Shown piece after piece: positions 35,022 through 37,260 of a stretch of DNA of 37,260 bases. The first letter of the stretch is position 1, and the number at the start of each line of letters is the position of its first letter. The stretch lies in NCBI GenBank assembly GCA_043754535.1, contig JAYUUN010000070.1, forward strand, positions 1 through 37,260, given 5' to 3'. The stretch comes from Chloroflexota bacterium (GTDB taxonomy: Bacteria; Chloroflexota; Chloroflexia; QHBQ01). A program made the translations under genes and the position numbers. The notes under the pieces were generated by a model, which worked only from the letters and a program-made list of their open reading frames with translations, did not search any database and was not told where the DNA came from.

Positions 35022-36215
35022 TCAAATGAACTCGACGAAGACTTCGTTGCCCAGCACATACGCCGGTGGGGTGAGGCGGATCACCTGCCGGGCCGCAGCC
35101 GCGGCATCGGGTGGCAGGCTGGCGTACTCGATCAGCCCACGGGCCAGCAGCTTCTCGATCTGCGGGCCGAACAGGGTGGCGGGCGGCTGCCCGTAGCGAG
35201 CAGCGAAGGCGGCCACGTCTACCCCCTCGCGCACCAGCCGCAGGCCGAGCAGCATCGTCTCACCCGCCTGCTTGAGCAGGTCTAGCTGCTCTGCACCCTT
35301 GACCGTAGACTCGCGGCTGGCGATGCGCTTGATGTAGGCGTTGGGGGCGCGCACCTGCCAGTAGCGGCGGCCCGCCAAATGCCCGTGCGCCCCCGGCCCG
35401 AACGCCAGCCAGTCGTCATTGTACCAGTACGCCTTGTTGTGCCTGCTCTCAAACGAGGGTGGCAGGCCGGGAGCGGGGGAGGGAGGGCGCGCCCAGTTGC
35501 TGATCTCGTACTGCTGGTAGCCAGCCTGGGCCAGGCGCGCTACCGTCCACTCGTACATCGCGCCCGCCAGATCGTCGTCGGGGACGTGCAGCCGCCCTTC
35601 GCTGACGAACTTCGCCAGGGGGGTGCCGTCCTCGACGATCAGCGAGTAGACGGAGAGGTGGTCGGGGGCAAGCTGGAGCGCGCCCTCAAGGGTCTGCTGC
35701 CAGTGGGCGGCATCTTGGCCGGGGAGAGCGAAGATGAAGTCCAGGCTGACGTTCTGGAAGCCAGCGGTGCGGGCTGCCTCCAGGGCTACGCCGATCTCGC
35801 GGGCGTTGTGGTGACGACCGAGGGTGACGAGCATGGTGTCGTCCAACGTCTGTGCGCCGAGACTGAGGCGGTTGAAGCCGATCTCGCGTAGCCCACGCAG
35901 GCTCTCGACCGTGACGGTGCCGGGGTTGCCCTCGATGCTGATCTCGGCGGCAGGGGCGAGGGTGTAATTGGCCTGCACTGCCGCCATGATGCGGCCAAGC
36001 TGCTCGTTGCTGAGGATGGTGGGGGTGCCGCCACCGAGGTAGACGGTCTGCACCTCACGGCCAGCGGCCAGCGGTGCGTCCAGGGCAAGGTGTTGGCAGA
36101 GAGCGACGGTGTAGGCCTCGAACTGCCCCTCACGGCCAACATAGGTGTTGAAGTCGCAATAGATGCAGGTGGCTTCGCAGTAGGGGATGTGGATGTAGAT
36201 AGAGAGTGGTTGCAA
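35022..36215 (-). CDS. hemW: Radical SAM heme chaperone HemW (HemN-like)
   Basis: YIHIPYC...C.YCDF, YLGGGTP, NRLSLG.Q, HLSVYSL..E.GT, QYEISN, and HNKAYW (HNxxYW). Confidence 0.9.
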   Translation of the reverse strand: MQPLSIYIHIPYCEATCIYCDFNTYVGREGQFEAYTVALCQHLALDAPLAAGREVQTVYLGGGTPTILSNEQLGRIMAAVQANYTLAPAAEISIEGNPGTVTVESLRGLREIGFNRLSLGAQTLDDTMLVTLGRHHNAREIGVALEAARTAGFQNVSLDFIFALPGQDAAHWQQTLEGALQLAPDHLSVYSLIVEDGTPLAKFVSEGRLHVPDDDLAGAMYEWTVARLAQAGYQQYEISNWARPPSPAPGLPPSFESRHNKAYWYNDDWLAFGPGAHGHLAGRRYWQVRAPNAYIKRIASRESTVKGAEQLDLLKQAGETMLLGLRLVREGVDVAAFAARYGQPPATLFGPQIEKLLARGLIEYASLPPDAAAAARQVIRLTPPAYVLGNEVFVEFI

Positions 36216-36233
36216 GGGGCTACTTTCGGCGGG

Positions 36234-36581
36234 CTAGAGGTTGGTGCGTAGTTGCGGCCTGAGCGAGTATTCGGCGGGGGCGAAGAAGACGAGGACGGTC
36301 AGGGCTTCGGCAATCTGCTGGAAGCGGTGTTCGACCTCGGCGGCGACGAAGATGCTGCTGCCAGGGCCGACCGCCTGCTCGTCGTCGCCAACGACGATGC
36401 GCCCAGTGCCGCTGACCACGTAGTAGACCTCGTCCTCGGTGTGGGGCTGCTGGGGGTCGTCGCTGCCAGCGGGCAGCAGATAGAGGCCGACGCTGAGGGC
36501 AGGCTGGTGGATGAACTCGTGGTAGCTACGCTCGGCCAAACCCAGGCTGGCGGCAAGCTGGCGGGTGTCGTGGATCTCCAT
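36234..36581 (-). CDS. Cupin domain protein
   Basis: QQPHTEDEVYYVVSG.G and GS.IFV.A.VEHRF. ATG 36581 has a CAGGAG RBS, and TGGTATAAT lies at 36620-36612. Confidence 0.85.
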   Translation of the reverse strand: MEIHDTRQLAASLGLAERSYHEFIHQPALSVGLYLLPAGSDDPQQPHTEDEVYYVVSGTGRIVVGDDEQAVGPGSSIFVAAEVEHRFQQIAEALTVLVFFAPAEYSLRPQLRTNL

Positions 36582-36716
36582 CTCTGCTCCTGAGGTGGCG
36601 GTGGTCAATACATTATACCAAACTGGCTGGCTGGCGGCGAAACCAGAGCGCAGGGTAAGGGTCTGGCGTGACCGCAAGCTGCACCCCAGCACAAGCTGCC
36701 AGCCGTCGCCCCCGCC

Positions 36717-37181
36717 CTAGCGGGCTGTTGGCTGCTGCTCGTAGCCGATGCGCCTGCTGAAGTGGCGGCTGAGGAGCAGGCAGAGACCAGCGACCAGCCA
36801 GAGTACAGCAGCCAGTCCGCCGAGGGCGAGCGGGATGGCCCAGATGTAGATGAAGCGGTTGATGCGCGCCTCACGGGGGTCGTCCTGGTCGTAGAAGATA
36901 GCCACTTGCTCACCGACCTTGAAGGCGGGCGGGTTGTTGCCGATGGGGACGTTGGCAAGGTGCAGTTCGCCGCTGGGTAGCTGGTAGCTGATCACCGGAT
37001 AGTAGTTGCCGTTGCGGTTGTCGAGGCGCACCACGGTGGCGGTGGCTGGCACGCCGCTGCCCGCAAAGAGGAGGGTTGGCACGAAATTAAAGAGGAAGCC
37101 GACCAGCAGCAGAGTGCCGAGGATGCCGAAGACCGTTCCCGCTGTACCAAGCCAGTCTGCCAACCGTCGGTTTCTGCTCAT
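36717..37181 (-). CDS. DUF3592-like membrane protein
   Basis: TM helix, ATVV...YYPVISY, VGEQV.IFYD..DP.EA, second TM helix. GAGGAG RBS, with TGCTATAAT upstream. Confidence 0.75.
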   Translation of the reverse strand: MSRNRRLADWLGTAGTVFGILGTLLLVGFLFNFVPTLLFAGSGVPATATVVRLDNRNGNYYPVISYQLPSGELHLANVPIGNNPPAFKVGEQVAIFYDQDDPREARINRFIYIWAIPLALGGLAAVLWLVAGLCLLLSRHFSRRIGYEQQPTAR

Positions 37182-37260
37182 CGTGTCTCCTCTGCGGGCA
37201 GCCCGCTTTGTTTGGTGCTAATTATAGATTATAGCACACTGTGGCCCGGCGAAGACTGTG

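Overview
A GC-rich, mostly minus-strand bacterial chromosomal segment, probably Chloroflexota (inferred from the SLH C-terminal motif, the secG plus peptide-binding-protein pair and the DUF6812- and FecR-type proteins). Core genes include a nicotinate phosphoribosyltransferase-like gene, an acyP-fecR-ugd-acpS-(repeat protein)-nnrE-nnrD-alr-pdp run, tgt, a cold-shock gene, queG-yitT, secG, tldD-pmbA and hemW. The window also has envelope genes (two GT-C-like membrane proteins and two tandem DUF4015-type glycoside hydrolases), a B12 photoreceptor of the CarH/LitR type and an orphan sigma-54 activator. I saw no rRNA, tRNA, CRISPR array or transposase. The most unusual items are: (1) a stand-alone two-gene operon encoding a group-4 hydrogenase/complex I C+D-like pair that has lost all Ni-binding cysteines; (2) a hydrophobic protein of 14 in-register decapeptides with an invariant Pro, inserted between acpS and nnrE; (3) a CarH-like gene with a CarH-type operator but no carotenoid genes nearby; (4) three genes with identical leaderless promoter geometry; (5) two unannotated gene relics flanking tldD-pmbA. 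All family calls come from motif recognition by eye; no searches were run.
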